Below are positions 20,707 through 32,909 of a stretch of 64,000 nt of DNA, in pieces; position 1 is the stretch's first letter, and each line of letters opens with the position of its first letter. This DNA comes from an uncultured delta proteobacterium (GTDB lineage Bacteria; Desulfobacterota; Binatia; UBA9968). Both the position numbers and the translations under genes were made by a program. The stretch is from positions 1 through 64,000 of the forward strand of contig CAVXEP010000020.1 of assembly GCA_963760795.1 (NCBI GenBank), given 5' to 3'. The notes beneath the pieces were generated by a model that did no database searches, was not told the origin of the DNA, and saw nothing but the letters and a program-made list of their open reading frames with translations.

Positions 20707-21927
20707 ATGAAATGGCTAAACAAGACAGTTCGCAACAAAATTATCGCCGGAATCACCGTCGCCGGGCTCAGCGCCGGCGGCTGGTACTGGTACACCAGCG
20801 CGGCGCAAAGCTCTCAAGGTGAAGTGGTTCAGCCGATCACGGTCCGCCGCGGCAACCTTGAAGAAGTCGTCACCTCGCAGGGCAAGCTCGAAGCTAAGCA
20901 ATACGTTGACGTCGGCACCCAGGTTTCCGGCCAGCTAAAGGCAATCCATGTCGATATCGGCGATACCGTAACTAAGGGACAATTACTCGCCGAGATCGAC
21001 CCGCGCGTCTACCAGGCCCAGGTCGAAGCAGGGGAAGCCAAGCTAAATAGTTTGCGCGCCCAGCTCAACCAACAGAAGGCCGAGGCGGTTTTGGCCGAAC
21101 AGAATCTGAAACGCAACCAAAATCTGATCGCCGCCAACGCGGTTAGCCAGCAGGCATTGCAGGAGACGGAATCCCAATTCGCAGTGGCCAAAGCTCAAGT
21201 GGACTCGATCGCCGCGCAGATGCAGGAAACGGAGTCTAATTTGAAAGCGAGCCGGGCCAATCTCAGTTATACAAAAATTTACGCGCCGATGGCCGGCACG
21301 GTAACGACATTGCCGACCAAAGAAGGGCAGACATTGAACGCCAATCAGACCGCGCCGACGGTTTTGCAGATTGCCAGTCTCGATGTCATGACCGTGCGCG
21401 CCCAGGTCGCGGAAGCCGATGTGAACCGGATCAAAGCCAACATGCCGGTTTATTTTACCACCCTCGGCAACAGCGAGCGGCGCTGGCCGGGCACCGTGCG
21501 GCAGGTGCTGCCGACACCACAGATCGTCAACGACGTGGTGCTCTACGATGTCTTGATCGACGTCAAGAACGAAGGCCGACAGCTTATGACCAGCATGACA
21601 ACCCAAGTATTCTTTATCTTCGGCAAGGCGGAAAACGCCTTGATCGTACCCGCAGAGATTCTCACGCGCCGAGCAGCGCAGCAAGACAACGACAAAGGCA
21701 AGGCCTATCGGATCGCGGTGATCACCGACAAAGGCCCGGAGCAGCGCATCGTCCGCGTCGGCTTGCAAAGCCGCACCCAGGCGGAAGTCGTTGACGGACT
21801 CAAAGAAGGCGAACGGATCGCAGTGAATCGACCCGCCGGCGCAGCCAACCGGACGGCCAGTCAGGCAAATAATCCGCAACGCGGCGCCGGTAATCAGCCG
21901 CGCCTCAACCGAGGGCCACAGTTATGA
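20707..21927 (+). CDS. macA: MacA-like periplasmic adaptor subunit
   Basis: VDVGTQVSGQL, TKIYAPMAGTV, GQTLNANQTAP. Confidence 0.9.
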   Translation: MKWLNKTVRNKIIAGITVAGLSAGGWYWYTSAAQSSQGEVVQPITVRRGNLEEVVTSQGKLEAKQYVDVGTQVSGQLKAIHVDIGDTVTKGQLLAEIDPRVYQAQVEAGEAKLNSLRAQLNQQKAEAVLAEQNLKRNQNLIAANAVSQQALQETESQFAVAKAQVDSIAAQMQETESNLKASRANLSYTKIYAPMAGTVTTLPTKEGQTLNANQTAPTVLQIASLDVMTVRAQVAEADVNRIKANMPVYFTTLGNSERRWPGTVRQVLPTPQIVNDVVLYDVLIDVKNEGRQLMTSMTTQVFFIFGKAENALIVPAEILTRRAAQQDNDKGKAYRIAVITDKGPEQRIVRVGLQSRTQAEVVDGLKEGERIAVNRPAGAANRTASQANNPQRGAGNQPRLNRGPQL

Positions 21928-23864
21928 GCGCGACTATCCTAGAACTGCATAACATCGAGAAACATTACACCAACGGCGATACCACCGTGCGCGCCCTCGA
22001 CGGCGTGTCGCTGCGAATCCGCCGGGGTGAATTTGTCGCGATCATGGGCCAGTCCGGCTCAGGCAAATCGACACTGATGAATATTATCGGCTGTCTCGAT
22101 CGCCCGAGCGCGGGCAGTTATCGGGTGCTCGGCCGGGAAGCGGCGAATCTTGACGCCGACGAGCTGGCGTCGCTGCGGCGCGAAACTTTCGGCTTCATTT
22201 TTCAACGCTATAATCTTCTCGCCACGGCGACGGCCCAGGAAAATGTCGCGATACCTTCGGTGTACGCCGGCCTGGCAAAACACAAACGCAAGACTCATGC
22301 GAACGAGCTGTTAAAGCGGCTGGGGCTGAGTGAGCGCACCGATCACCGGCCGTCCGAGCTGTCGGGCGGGCAGCAGCAACGGGTCGCGATAGCCCGCGCC
22401 CTGGTGAATGATCCGCCGGTGATCCTCGCCGACGAGCCCACCGGCGCGCTGGACAGCAAGAGCGGCGACGAAGTCCTGGCACTGCTCAAACAACTCCACG
22501 CCGAAGGGCGCACGATTATCCTCATCACCCACGCCGAGAACGTCGCACAGCACGCCAGCCGCATCGTGCGCATTCAGGACGGACGGATTATCGAGGACAA
22601 CGGCATCGTCGACGCGGAACCGGAAGAGAAGTCAGATGCAAACAATCGCAGTTTCGGGAGCGCCGTCGGCTTGCTGGCGAGCATGCAGGAAGCGCTCGTC
22701 ACTGCCTGGCGGTCGCTGCGCGTAAACATCTTTCGGACGGCGCTCACGCTGCTTGGCATCATCATCGGCGTCGCCGCTGTGGTCGCCATGCTCGCGGTGG
22801 GCGAAGGCAGCCGGCAAAAGGTGCTCGATCGCATCAGTTCCTTCGGCACAAATCTAATGCTGATTCGCCCCGGCGCCGCCGGCATCCGCAACTCCGGCGA
22901 CATCGTTACGCTGGTGCCGGAAGACGCCGCCGCGATCAAAACCTTGCCCAACGTCGAAAGCGCGCTCGCCGAGCGCAACAGCCGTGCTACGGTGCGTTTC
23001 GGCAATATCGATTATCAAACTTCAGTGCAGGGCACGAGCGAGGATTTTCCCTCAGCGCGCGAATGGCCGGTGGCCGAAGGACAGTTTTTCAACGCCGACG
23101 ATATGAAGAAGTATGCGGCCGTCGTCGTGCTCGGCCGCACGGTGGCCAAAACGCTCTTTCCCGACGGCAGCAGCCCGGTCGGCAAGTACATTCTGATGAA
23201 GAGCGTACCGTTTGTCGTGATCGGCGTGATGACCGAGAAAGGCGCATCACCCAACGGCAGCGACCAGGACGATGTCATCTTCATGCCGATCAACACCGGC
23301 TTGGTGCGGCTATTCGGCAAAAACTACTTGAGCAGCATTACCATCAAGGTCAAAGACGCCGCAGCCATCGAAGCCACCCAGCAGCAGGTCGAGGCGCTCC
23401 TCAAGGCGCGCCATAACGCGGAGGACTTCAGCGTCCGCAACATGGCTTCGTTTCTCCAAGCCGCGATGGAAACCCAGGATACCTTTACCCTGCTGCTCGG
23501 CACCGTGGCAGCGATCTCGCTGCTGGTGGGCGGCATCGGCGTCATGAATATCATGCTGGTCAGCGTGGTCGAACGCACCCGAGAAATCGGCATCCGCATG
23601 GCCACCGGCGCGCGCATGCGCGACATCATGTTGCAGTTCAACATCGAGGCCGCGGTGGTGTGCGCCGCCGGCGGACTTATGGGCATCGCCGTGGGCGTGA
23701 TCGCCGGCCTGGTGCTGCGCTACAGCGGCATGACCGTGGTATTTTCGGTGACGCCGGCGGCGCTCGCCTTCGCCTGCGCATCCGCCACCGGCCTGGCGTT
23801 CGGTTATCTGCCGGCCCGTAAAGCCGCCCAGCTCGATCCAGTTGTTGCCTTAGCTTCGGAGTGA
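21924..23864 (+). CDS. macB: MacB-type ABC ATPase/permease fusion
   Basis: [52 protein letters not shown]. Confidence 0.95.
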   Translation: MSATILELHNIEKHYTNGDTTVRALDGVSLRIRRGEFVAIMGQSGSGKSTLMNIIGCLDRPSAGSYRVLGREAANLDADELASLRRETFGFIFQRYNLLATATAQENVAIPSVYAGLAKHKRKTHANELLKRLGLSERTDHRPSELSGGQQQRVAIARALVNDPPVILADEPTGALDSKSGDEVLALLKQLHAEGRTIILITHAENVAQHASRIVRIQDGRIIEDNGIVDAEPEEKSDANNRSFGSAVGLLASMQEALVTAWRSLRVNIFRTALTLLGIIIGVAAVVAMLAVGEGSRQKVLDRISSFGTNLMLIRPGAAGIRNSGDIVTLVPEDAAAIKTLPNVESALAERNSRATVRFGNIDYQTSVQGTSEDFPSAREWPVAEGQFFNADDMKKYAAVVVLGRTVAKTLFPDGSSPVGKYILMKSVPFVVIGVMTEKGASPNGSDQDDVIFMPINTGLVRLFGKNYLSSITIKVKDAAAIEATQQQVEALLKARHNAEDFSVRNMASFLQAAMETQDTFTLLLGTVAAISLLVGGIGVMNIMLVSVVERTREIGIRMATGARMRDIMLQFNIEAAVVCAAGGLMGIAVGVIAGLVLRYSGMTVVFSVTPAALAFACASATGLAFGYLPARKAAQLDPVVALASE

Positions 23865-23872
23865 GGTGCTCT

Positions 23873-25219
23873 ATGCGTAAATATCTGTTGAACGGTACAG
23901 TCGCCCTCTCGTTAGCGTTGTCGGCATGCAGTCTCGCGCCGAAATACGAGCGCCCGCAAATGGCTCTGCCCACCGGTTGGAGCAACGTCGCCGGCGTCGG
24001 CAACGCGCAGGTGAATCCGGCCACGACTTTCTGGCAGGAGCTCGGCAGCGCGGATCTCAACCATTTGATCGACAATGCGCTGGCGCAGAATCTTGATCTT
24101 GAGGCCGCGCTCCATCGGATCGAACAGGCGCGCGCCCAGGCCAAGAGCTCGGCCTCTCCACTCTATCCGACCGTCACTGCCAGCGGCTCAGCTTCGCGCA
24201 CCTTCGAAGATTCGGGCAGCAGCAATGCGGCGCGCGGCGGCGGCAGCATCAGCTATGAAGTCGATCTGTGGGGAAAGAATCGGAACGCGGCCAAGTCCGC
24301 CGACTATCGGGTCAACGCGAGCGAGTTCGACCGCGAAGCGTTGCGCCTCGTCGTAATCTCGGACGCGACAAATTTTTATGCGCAAATTTTGAGCCTCAAC
24401 GACCGTATTCGCATCGCCGAGTTCAACCTCAAGGACGCCGAAGAGGTTTTGCGTATCATCGAAGCGCGCTTCGGCCAGGGCAGCGTCTCGGGTCTGGAAG
24501 TTTCCCAGCAGCGCGTCGCCGTGAACAATCTCCGCACAGTAATGGCCTCGCTCTTCGAACAGCGCAGCACAACCGCCAATGCATTGGCGATTCTGCTCGG
24601 CCTGGCGCCGCAGAATTATGCCGCGCCGACTGCCGGGCTGGCGACGCTGTCGCTGCCGCCGGTTAACTTGACGCCGCCGGCGACGCTGTTGACCGCGCGC
24701 CCCGACATCGAGAGCGCCGAGGCCGGCTTGCTCGGAGTCAATGCCGATATCGGCGTAGCGCGCGCCGCCTTCTTCCCGTCGTTGACCCTAGGGTTGGACA
24801 CCGCGATCGCCGCTGGTTTCGGCGGGCCGGCGGCGGCGGCAACCTCCATTGCCTCGAGTTTGCTCGCGCCGATTTTTACCGGCGGGCGGCTCACCGGCAA
24901 TCTAGAAAATGTCACCGCGCGCCAGAAAGAGCTTGCGGTGCAGTATCGTCAGACCGTGCTGGTGGCGTTTCAAGAGGTCGAAGACGCCCTCGCGGCGCTT
25001 AAAAGCAATAACGACCGCGCCGTGCTATCGCGCGCCACCGTCGCCGAATCGCAAACTGCCTACGACATCGCCAAAGCGCGCTTCGACGCCGGCGCCGTCG
25101 ATTATCTCAACCTGCTCGAAGCCCAGCGCAGCCTCTACCAGGCACAGGACAGCCAGATCACCATCAATCAGGGCCAGCTGCAGTCGTTCGTCCAGTTGCG
25201 CAAAGCGATGGGCGCTTGA
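23873..25219 (+). CDS. Outer membrane efflux lipoprotein (NodT/TolC family)
   Basis: Lipobox LSAC; SYEVDLWG, RPDI, AFQEVEDAL. Confidence 0.92.
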   Translation: MRKYLLNGTVALSLALSACSLAPKYERPQMALPTGWSNVAGVGNAQVNPATTFWQELGSADLNHLIDNALAQNLDLEAALHRIEQARAQAKSSASPLYPTVTASGSASRTFEDSGSSNAARGGGSISYEVDLWGKNRNAAKSADYRVNASEFDREALRLVVISDATNFYAQILSLNDRIRIAEFNLKDAEEVLRIIEARFGQGSVSGLEVSQQRVAVNNLRTVMASLFEQRSTTANALAILLGLAPQNYAAPTAGLATLSLPPVNLTPPATLLTARPDIESAEAGLLGVNADIGVARAAFFPSLTLGLDTAIAAGFGGPAAAATSIASSLLAPIFTGGRLTGNLENVTARQKELAVQYRQTVLVAFQEVEDALAALKSNNDRAVLSRATVAESQTAYDIAKARFDAGAVDYLNLLEAQRSLYQAQDSQITINQGQLQSFVQLRKAMGA

Positions 25220-25324
25220 AAATGATCCTGTCAATGCAATCGCTCGGCATGCCGGCATGCGGCTGCCGAGCGCTGCGCTATTTCTCTTGCAAGTCGCGGC
25301 TTGATGATTATCTTGTAAGTTACG

Positions 25325-26446
25325 ATGGCGGACCTTGATTATTATAAAACTCTCGGCGTCGAGCACGGCGCCTCGAATGACGACGTGCGCAAGGCCTATC
25401 GCAAACTTGCGCGCAAGTATCATCCCGATCTCAATCCCGGCAACAAAGAAGCGGAAAGCAAATTTAAAACCCTTTCGGTTGCCTACGACGTCCTGAGCGA
25501 CGAGAAAAAACGCAAGCTTTACGACGAATTCGGCGAGGCCGGATTGGCCGCCGGCTTCGATGCCGAGAAGGCGCGTACCTATGAGCAATGGCGCCAGCAG
25601 TCAGCCCGCGGCGGCGGCACGCAGGCGTTCGACACGGACGACTTGGGCGATCTTTTTGGCGGCCTTGGCGGCATGTTCCGGCGCGGCCCGCGGGCGCAGA
25701 CCGGACCGCAGCGCGGCGGGGATATTGAGTCGAGCATGGAAATCGACTTCCTCGATGCCGTGCGCGGCTTTCAAACCGCCATCACACTCGATCGGCCGGT
25801 GTCCTGCGACACCTGTCACGGCTCGGGCACAAAAACTGGAACCGTGCCGACCAATTGTCCACAATGCGGCGGCAGCGGCAGCGTATCCATCGCCCAAGGG
25901 CCGCTGCAGTTTCGCCAGGCCTGCCCGCGCTGTTCGGGCAGCGGAAAGCTGCCCGGTGACCCATGCACCACCTGCGATGGCAGCGGTCGCGTCATGCGCG
26001 CGGAAACGATTCGGGTCAACATTCCACCCGGCGCCGATCCCGGCAAACGCATCCGTTTGCGGGGAAAAGGCGAAGCGGGATTTCGCAGTGGACCGGCGGG
26101 CGATCTCTTTATAACGCCGCGTATCCGGCCTCATCCGATACTCACTCGCTCCGGTCGAGATTTGTCCATGGACTTGCCGATCACCGTCGGCGAAGCGCTG
26201 CGCGGCGCCAGCGTCGAGGTGCCGACGCCCAGTGGAGCAATCATGGTAAAAATTCCTCTGGGTGCACAGAGCGGCCAACAGTTACGCATCAAAGGCAAAG
26301 GAGTTCCGGCCCACGGGCAAACTCCCGCTGGAGATTTATATCTGCGTCTGATGGTGCGCGTGCCAAATGAAGATGTTGCCCCAGAAGTGATCGACAAGAT
26401 CGACCAAGCCTACGGCGAAAACGTGCGTCAAAACATTCGGCTGTAA
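25325..26446 (+). CDS. dnaJ: DnaJ-family co-chaperone with zinc finger
   Basis: J-domain HPD; four CxxCxGxG repeats. Confidence 0.88.
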   Translation: MADLDYYKTLGVEHGASNDDVRKAYRKLARKYHPDLNPGNKEAESKFKTLSVAYDVLSDEKKRKLYDEFGEAGLAAGFDAEKARTYEQWRQQSARGGGTQAFDTDDLGDLFGGLGGMFRRGPRAQTGPQRGGDIESSMEIDFLDAVRGFQTAITLDRPVSCDTCHGSGTKTGTVPTNCPQCGGSGSVSIAQGPLQFRQACPRCSGSGKLPGDPCTTCDGSGRVMRAETIRVNIPPGADPGKRIRLRGKGEAGFRSGPAGDLFITPRIRPHPILTRSGRDLSMDLPITVGEALRGASVEVPTPSGAIMVKIPLGAQSGQQLRIKGKGVPAHGQTPAGDLYLRLMVRVPNEDVAPEVIDKIDQAYGENVRQNIRL

Positions 26447-26461
26447 CTGAGGAATAAAAAA

Positions 26462-26755
26462 ATGCCGCGAAAATATTTGCGCATTACCGAAGTGACAAAA
26501 GTCTGCGGGGTTAACGTAAAGTTCGTCAAACGTTTGGAACAGGAACAGGTCATCTCTCCGATCATCCGCGGTAGCGAAAAATTCTATACGCTCGATCAAG
26601 TCGACCGCGTCCGCGTCGCACACCTGCTCATCGAAGAGATGGGCGTGAACTTCGAAGGCGCGGAAGTCGCGCTAAACATGCGCGAGCAAATGATCGCCAT
26701 GCAGCGCCAGTTCAATGAAATCCTTCGGCTGCTCGGCCGTGAACTGCGAAAATAG
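26462..26755 (+). CDS. MerR-type CbpM/HspR-like chaperone modulator
   Basis: Follows dnaJ; EEMGVNFEGAEVALNMREQM. Confidence 0.8.
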   Translation: MPRKYLRITEVTKVCGVNVKFVKRLEQEQVISPIIRGSEKFYTLDQVDRVRVAHLLIEEMGVNFEGAEVALNMREQMIAMQRQFNEILRLLGRELRK

Positions 26756-26926
26756 CCGCGCCGATCGAGCGACCTCGGGGTAATCAATCGCTGCCCGCCG
26801 CTTCTGCCTGGATCACCGCTTTGCGGTTGACTTAGGCGCACCCGGTTGATTACTGTTCGGAAGGACCGCGGCTTCATGCCGGCGCGTGCGCATGAACCGT
26901 AGAAACTACCGACGGAAGGTAACTAG

Positions 26927-28222
26927 GTGAAAAAAGTCCTAGCGATGATTTTAGGCGGTGGGGTCGGCACCCGGCTCTACCCTTTAACCAAACTGCGCGC
27001 CAAGCCAGCGGTCCCGCTTGGCGCCAAGTATCGCTTGATCGATATTCCCATTAGTAATTGTATCAACTCCGATCTCCAGCGAATTTACGTATTGACGCAA
27101 TTTAATTCCGCGTCGCTCAACCGGCATATTTCCCGAACCTACGCCGCTTTAGGGGCGGGCTTCTCCCAGGGATTTGTCGAAGTGCTGGCGGCGCAGCAAA
27201 CTCCCGAAAGTCCGAATTGGTTTGAAGGAACCGCCGACGCAGTGCGCAAGCATCTCCGGCTCTTCGCGGAATGGGATGTCGATCAGTATCTGATTTTGTC
27301 CGGCGATCACTTGTACCGGATGAATTATGCTGACTTCATTGAGCGCCATCGCGAGACCAAGGCCGACATCACCCTCTCGGTGGTGCCGGTGGATGAGAGC
27401 CGGGCTTCTGAATTCGGTTTAATGGCGATCGACGGCCATGGACGGGTGCGCGCGTTCAGCGAAAAACCCAAAGGCGACGCTCTGAAAGCCATGGCCGTGG
27501 ACACGACGGTGCTTGGCCTATCGAAAGAAAAAGCAAAAGAGCTGCCCTATATCGCCTCTATGGGCATCTACGTTTTCGACAAGCAGGTGCTGCTCGATCT
27601 GCTTGATAAAAACCCGGGTCACACCGATTTCGGCAAGGAAATCATTCCAGCGGCGGCTGCGAATAAAAGAGTTCAAGCTTACTTGTTTAAGGACTACTGG
27701 GAGGATATCGGCACCATCGAATCATTCTACCAGGCTAATTTGGCGCTCACCCAGCAGCCGGTTCCTTCCTTCAGCTTCTACGATGAGAAAGCGCCGATCT
27801 ATACGCGCTCACGCTACTTGCCACCGACCAAGCTGCTCGATTCCCATGTCATCGAATCCATGGTCGGTGAAGGCTGCATCCTCAAGGAATGTACCGTGAA
27901 GCGCTCGGTCATCGGCATTCGCTCGCGCATCGAAACCGGCTGCGTGATCGACAACGCATTGCTGATGGGATCGGACTATTACGAGTCGCCGGCGGAACGG
28001 CAGCAAGTCCTTGACAGCGGTAAAGTTCCCCTGGGTGTCGGCGCCAACACCACCATCCAGCGGGCCATCGTCGACAAAAACGCCCGTATCGGCCGCAACG
28101 TGCAAATTGTCAATCAAGATAAGATTCAGGAATCGACTCGGGAGGAGCTGGGATTTGTCATCCGCAATGGCATCGTCGTCATCATCAAGAATGCGACGAT
28201 TCCTGATGGAATGATGGTCTGA
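26927..28222 (+). CDS. glgC: Glucose-1-phosphate adenylyltransferase (cyanobacterial/plant-type)
   Basis: [53 protein letters not shown]. Confidence 0.96.
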   Translation: MKKVLAMILGGGVGTRLYPLTKLRAKPAVPLGAKYRLIDIPISNCINSDLQRIYVLTQFNSASLNRHISRTYAALGAGFSQGFVEVLAAQQTPESPNWFEGTADAVRKHLRLFAEWDVDQYLILSGDHLYRMNYADFIERHRETKADITLSVVPVDESRASEFGLMAIDGHGRVRAFSEKPKGDALKAMAVDTTVLGLSKEKAKELPYIASMGIYVFDKQVLLDLLDKNPGHTDFGKEIIPAAAANKRVQAYLFKDYWEDIGTIESFYQANLALTQQPVPSFSFYDEKAPIYTRSRYLPPTKLLDSHVIESMVGEGCILKECTVKRSVIGIRSRIETGCVIDNALLMGSDYYESPAERQQVLDSGKVPLGVGANTTIQRAIVDKNARIGRNVQIVNQDKIQESTREELGFVIRNGIVVIIKNATIPDGMMV

Positions 28223-28238
28223 CGAAAGGAGCGACCCG

Positions 28239-29415
28239 TTATTCGGTCACTCCGTCATTTCCCGGTTCCGGCTTCTTCTTGCGCATTCCACCTTCGATCA
28301 TCTTGTATTCGAACAGCCGGCAATCCAGCGCGCCGTTAAATAGCGGCGTGCGTTTGGAAGTGGCGAGCCGGATGAGCTTGGGCAGTTGCATGTCGGCGCT
28401 GAGAAAGTAAGCGCGCCAGCCGGTGAACTGTTTTTTCAAGACATCGCCCAGCTTGGGATAAAGTTCCGCCAGCGCTTGCTGCTCGCCGAGACGCACGCCA
28501 TAAGGCGGGTTGCTGACGATGATCCCGACCTTGGCCGGCGCGGTGATTTCCAGAACGCTAGCCCGCTTCAAACTGACGACCTGCTCCAGACCGGCACCCG
28601 CAAGATTCGCCTGCGCCGCTTGCAGTACCTTGCCGTCGAGATCGCTGCCATGGATCGGCAGCGCCACGCGTGCCTTGCGCCGCGCCGTGCGGCGCTGGAT
28701 CAGCTCGCGCCATGCCACCGAGTTGAAGTTCAGAAATTTTTCAAAGGCGAATTGGCGTCCCAATCCCGGCGCGATATCGAGCGCCATGCACGCCGCTTCG
28801 ACAAGAATCGTCCCGCTGCCGCACATCGGATCGAGCAAGGTAATGCCCGGAGTCCATCCGGCGAGGCGAAGAATTCCCGCGGCGAGGTTTTCTCTCAAGC
28901 GGCGCTTCGCCGGTGGCGATGCGCTGCCCGCGCTTGAACAGTGGCTCACCCGAGGTGTCGAGATAAAGTGTAAACTCGCGATCGGTCAAATGGCCTTGGA
29001 TCGGAATATCCGGGTCGCGCGTGTCGACACTCGGACGCTGCTGTGAAACCTGGCGGATTTTGTCGCACACGGCGTCTTTGATCTTGAGCGTGACGAAGTT
29101 GAGGCTAGTGAGCGGGCTCTTGGTCGCCGAGACATCGACGCGGATGGTCCGCGCGGCATCGAACCAGTCGGTCCACGGCACCGCGTAAGCGGCACGATAG
29201 ATATCGTTTTCACTACGATAACCGGCTGTCGCGACTTGCCAGAGCACGCGGCTAGCGATGCGGCTTTCGAGATTGACCCGGTAGCAAACCATGAGATCGC
29301 CGCCGAACTGCACGCCGCCGCCAACGGCGTGAACTTTGTCCGCGCCGAGTTGGCGCAATTCGTCGACCAGGATCATCTCCAGACCGCGCGGACAGGTGGC
29401 GAAAAAAAATTCCAT
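28239..29415 (-). CDS. THUMP-domain RNA methyltransferase, RlmL-like (frameshift near 28895)
   Basis: FFATCPRGLE, LYLDTSGEPLFKRG, LDPMCGSGT, NPPYG. Confidence 0.88.
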
Positions 29416-29445
29416 TGATAATAACAAACAAGGATCGAGCACAAT

Positions 29446-29475
29446 AAAAAAGGGCAACCGAGACGGTTGCCCTTT
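29446..29475 (-). terminator. Rho-independent terminator after the RRM gene
   Basis: AAAGGGCAACCG..CGGTTGCCCTTTTTT on the minus strand. Confidence 0.85.
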
Positions 29476-29500
29476 ATGCAGTTATTTTACTTGCGAAACT

Positions 29501-29863
29501 CTACCAGCGATTACCCCGGCCACCGCCGTCGCCGCCACCGCGGCCGCCGCGACCACCGCCGCCACCGCCACGATTACCACCGCCGCCGCCACCACCGCCA
29601 AAGCCTTCACGCTTGGCCATCGGCTTGGCTTCATTGACAGTCAAGGTGCGCCCATCGAGCTGAGTGCCATTCAGGCTCTCGATCGCCTTCTGTGCTTCGC
29701 TCCCCGAGCTCATCTCGACAAAGCCGAAACCGCGCGATTGACCGGTGAATTTATCGGAAATCACATTGGCCGAGGTGACCTCGCCATGCGCCGAAAAGAT
29801 TTCTTGCAACCGATCGCCGGTTACCGAATAGGGCAAGCCGCCCACGTACAATTTACTACCCAT
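29501..29863 (-). CDS. RRM (RNP-1) RNA-binding protein with Gly-rich tail
   Basis: KLYVGGL (RNP2), RGFGFVEM (RNP1), RGG tail. Confidence 0.95.
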   Translation of the reverse strand: MGSKLYVGGLPYSVTGDRLQEIFSAHGEVTSANVISDKFTGQSRGFGFVEMSSGSEAQKAIESLNGTQLDGRTLTVNEAKPMAKREGFGGGGGGGGNRGGGGGGRGGRGGGDGGGRGNRW

Positions 29864-30221
29864 GTTCTCCTCCTATAGAGAATGTTAATGTCTTTTACCC
29901 TGAGAAATGAACTGCTAATGGGGGCCGAACATGGGAGCTCAACTGCGTAGCTCTGGTCGGAAGATCCTTTAGATATTGTTCGCAAGGACAGACTGACAGG
30001 GGCCTTCAACCTTTATTATGTCCTCTACCAGAAGGCCGTTTACTGAAGAAGATAAGTTAAAGTACGTCTTATCCAGCGCAATGTCAATGGTAATGCCTAT
30101 ACCGTCCAAGCGACGACCTTGGCGCCGACTGTTTGAACCCAAATAGGCTTGAAACCGCTGCGCCACTTAAACCATAATGCGCCCGAATCGGATGGATGAC
30201 GTAAGAACTCTAAGGAGTAAG

Positions 30222-31187
30222 ATGAAAAAGCTAGCATTATTGACGTTGCTATGTTTCGCCTTCGCGCGCGCGACGGTATTGGCGCAGGATCGCGTGCGCA
30301 TCGGCGTGCCGTTGTTCCCAACGGTGTCCTATCCGGTGCTGATCGCCCACGAAAAAGGCTTCTTCGAAAAAAATGGTTTGAAAGCGGAGATTATCCGTAT
30401 CAACAGCGAACCGACAACCTATCAAGCGTTGATCTCCGGCGATATCGATGCCACCTCCGGCGCGCCGACGGGACTCGTGCAGTCCAACCTGCAAGGCATA
30501 CCGGTAACTTCCCTCGGCAGCTGGGACAATCTGGTTTCCTACACGGTCATGACCAAAGATAGGATCGACGACCTGTCGCAGTTGCGCGGCAAGAAAGTCG
30601 GCATCAACCGGCTCGGCGGCAAGTCGTCGTTGGTCTTGCGCGTCATGCTCGAAGACGCCGGCCTCAATACAGCGAAAGACGTCACTCTGTTGCAACTGGG
30701 CGGTTCGCAGGAACGTTTGGCGGCGCTCGTGCGCGGCGGCATCGACGCGGCGCCGGTGGACTTCGCCTTCGAACCGAAGATGAAACAGATGGGCTTTCAC
30801 CTGGTGCCGAGCAAGAAGACCGCCTTCATGAACGGCCCGATCACGGTCACCGTGGCGAATTTGAAAGCCAACCGCGGCAAATGGCTGCGCTTCGTCAAAG
30901 CCAACATGGAAGCGACTTATTATATGACAGTCAATAAGTCCGGCGCGATGGATGTTCTGAAAAAAATCATTCAGACTGACGAACGTGAAACTCTCGAACA
31001 CGCCTACGAGCAGATGCGCGCCCGCGCCACCGTCGATCTGATCGCCCCCGACGCCGCCATCGAAAACCTGGTGAAGATGATGACCTACGTCGACAAACGC
31101 GCCGCCGGCATCGACCGCAGCAAACTCACCGACTACTCCATCGTCCGCGAACTGATCCAGAGCAACGCCGTGCCGGTGAAAAGATAA
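30222..31187 (+). CDS. ABC transporter substrate-binding protein, NMT1/TauA-like
   Basis: MKKLALL signal peptide; GFFEKNGLKAE, LRGKKVGI. Confidence 0.88.
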   Translation: MKKLALLTLLCFAFARATVLAQDRVRIGVPLFPTVSYPVLIAHEKGFFEKNGLKAEIIRINSEPTTYQALISGDIDATSGAPTGLVQSNLQGIPVTSLGSWDNLVSYTVMTKDRIDDLSQLRGKKVGINRLGGKSSLVLRVMLEDAGLNTAKDVTLLQLGGSQERLAALVRGGIDAAPVDFAFEPKMKQMGFHLVPSKKTAFMNGPITVTVANLKANRGKWLRFVKANMEATYYMTVNKSGAMDVLKKIIQTDERETLEHAYEQMRARATVDLIAPDAAIENLVKMMTYVDKRAAGIDRSKLTDYSIVRELIQSNAVPVKR

Positions 31188-31313
31188 CCGGAATGGAGCA
31201 TTGAGAGATGGAGTAGTGGGTTTCTGGACCCGACACTCCATCGCTCCAGTATTCCCGCAGCTTACGGTGGAAAAGCGAACTTCGCTATAATCTTACCAAG
31301 GCAACTAACTTCC

Positions 31314-32796
31314 ATGAACGATATCACCTTCGTCGACACTACCCTGCGCGACGGCCAACAGAGCCTGTGGGCTTTGGGCATGAAGACAGACGCCATGCTC
31401 GGTGCCGCCGAGCAGATGGATCAAGCCGGCTTCGAGTCCTTGGAGTTCTTCAGCTCCAACATGATCAAGAAATACGTGCGCGAGCACAAAGAAAATCCCT
31501 GGGACTGGATTCGCCTGGGAACAAAAAAATTTCGCCGCACCAAGCTTCGGCTGCACGGCGGTATCCACGGCTCGGGGGCGTTCGAAAAACTCCCGAGCGC
31601 AATCATGAAGCTGCTAGTGGAGAGAATCGTCTCCTACGGCATTACACTAACGCGCACATCGACGTGTTGGAATGACTTTCGCGGCTTCAAAGAAGAGTTG
31701 CACGAGCTGCGCCAGTTGGGCATGGAAACCATCGTCAACTTGATATACTCGGTATCGCCGCGCCACAGCGACGAGTACTACGCGCAGAAGGCCAAAGAAG
31801 CCGGGGAGATCCGCCCCTATCGCGTTTGCTTCAAAGATGTCGGCGGCCTGCTAACGCTCGAGCGCGCCCGCACGTTAATACCGCTGATCATGAAGAATGC
31901 CGGTGAAACCCCGGTAGAATTTCATGCCCACTGCAACAACGGCTTGGCGCCGCTCTGTTACCTCGAAGCGGCCAAGCTCGGCATCAAGACAATCCACACT
32001 TCGATTCCGCCGCTGGCCAACGGCTCGTCACAACCGTCGATCTTCAACATGGCGAAGAATCTGCGCGCCTTGGGTTTTGCGCCGCAGATTAATGAAGAAC
32101 CGTTGAAGCCGGTGACCGAACACTTCACCGCCATCGCCGAGCGCGACGGCCTCGCCATCGGCCAACCCCTCGCCTACGATCACTCGCAATACCTCCATCA
32201 AGTCCCCGGCGGCATGATTTCCAACTTGCGCCACCAGCTACGTTTGGTCGGCATGGAAGATAAACTGCCGGCGACCTTGGACGAAGTCGGCGCGCGTGCG
32301 CGCTGAGTTTGGCTTTCCGATCATGGTCACGCCGCTGTCGCAATTCGTCGGCACCCAGGCGGCGATCAACGTCATCGTCGGCGAGCGCTACAAGGAAGTC
32401 ACCGATCAAGTGATCCAATACGCCCTCGGCGTCTGGGGCGCCGAAGCCACTGAGATCATGGATCCCAACGTGAAAGATCGCATACTGAATCGCGGCCGTG
32501 CCAAGGAATGGACCGCCTGGGAACCGCCGCAACCTTCGCTCAAAGAAATCCGCAACAAATTCGGCGGCCCATCGCTCCCGGATGAAGAACTCATACTACG
32601 CGTCTACGCCGGCAGCGATAATGTCAACGCGCTCTTGACCGCCGGCGCGCCACCGCCAAAACTCGACGGCAAACGGCCGCTCATGCAGCTGATCGAAGAA
32701 CTAACCAAGAAAAAAGACAGCAGCCACATCCACATCCGCCGCGACGGTGTCTCGCTGACTTTGGGAAAGTCGCCCAAGGCCGAAACCTCGGCGTGA
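31314..32796 (+). CDS. Carboxyltransferase of the pyruvate carboxylase B / oxaloacetate decarboxylase alpha family (frameshift near 32295)
   Basis: DTTLRDGQQS, FKDVGGLL, FHAHCNNG, HQVPGGMISNL, PIMVTPLSQFVGTQA. Confidence 0.88.
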
Positions 32797-32812
32797 AATG
32801 CGGCGGTTGTTC

Positions 32813-32881
32813 TCACCACGAAGGCACGAAGGACACGAAGGTTCGAAAAATTTTTCGACTCTTCGTGATCCTTCGTGGTGA
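32813..32881. repeat. Palindromic CACGAAG-unit intergenic repeat
   Basis: TCACCACGAAGGCACGAAGGACACGAAG..CTTCGTGATCCTTCGTGGTGA; related copies near 39772, 50355/50580, 53512 and 56876. Confidence 0.8.
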
Positions 32882-32909
32882 AAAATCTTTAGCATCCTAT
32901 GGAGCAACC

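Noticed and set aside
29510-29600. GCC/ACC-rich low-complexity repeat
   Set aside because: It encodes the Gly-rich tail of the RRM protein
30249-31241. Long antisense ORFs (also 8491-9450, 13326-14285, 42504-43415, 43629-44546, 51266-52153)
   Set aside because: Shadow ORFs opposite well-supported genes, expected at high GC
32793-32909. N-terminal extensions of UbiD, MurJ (53399) and the dehydrogenase (59706)
   Set aside because: Extensions run through repeats or the upstream gene; better downstream starts exist
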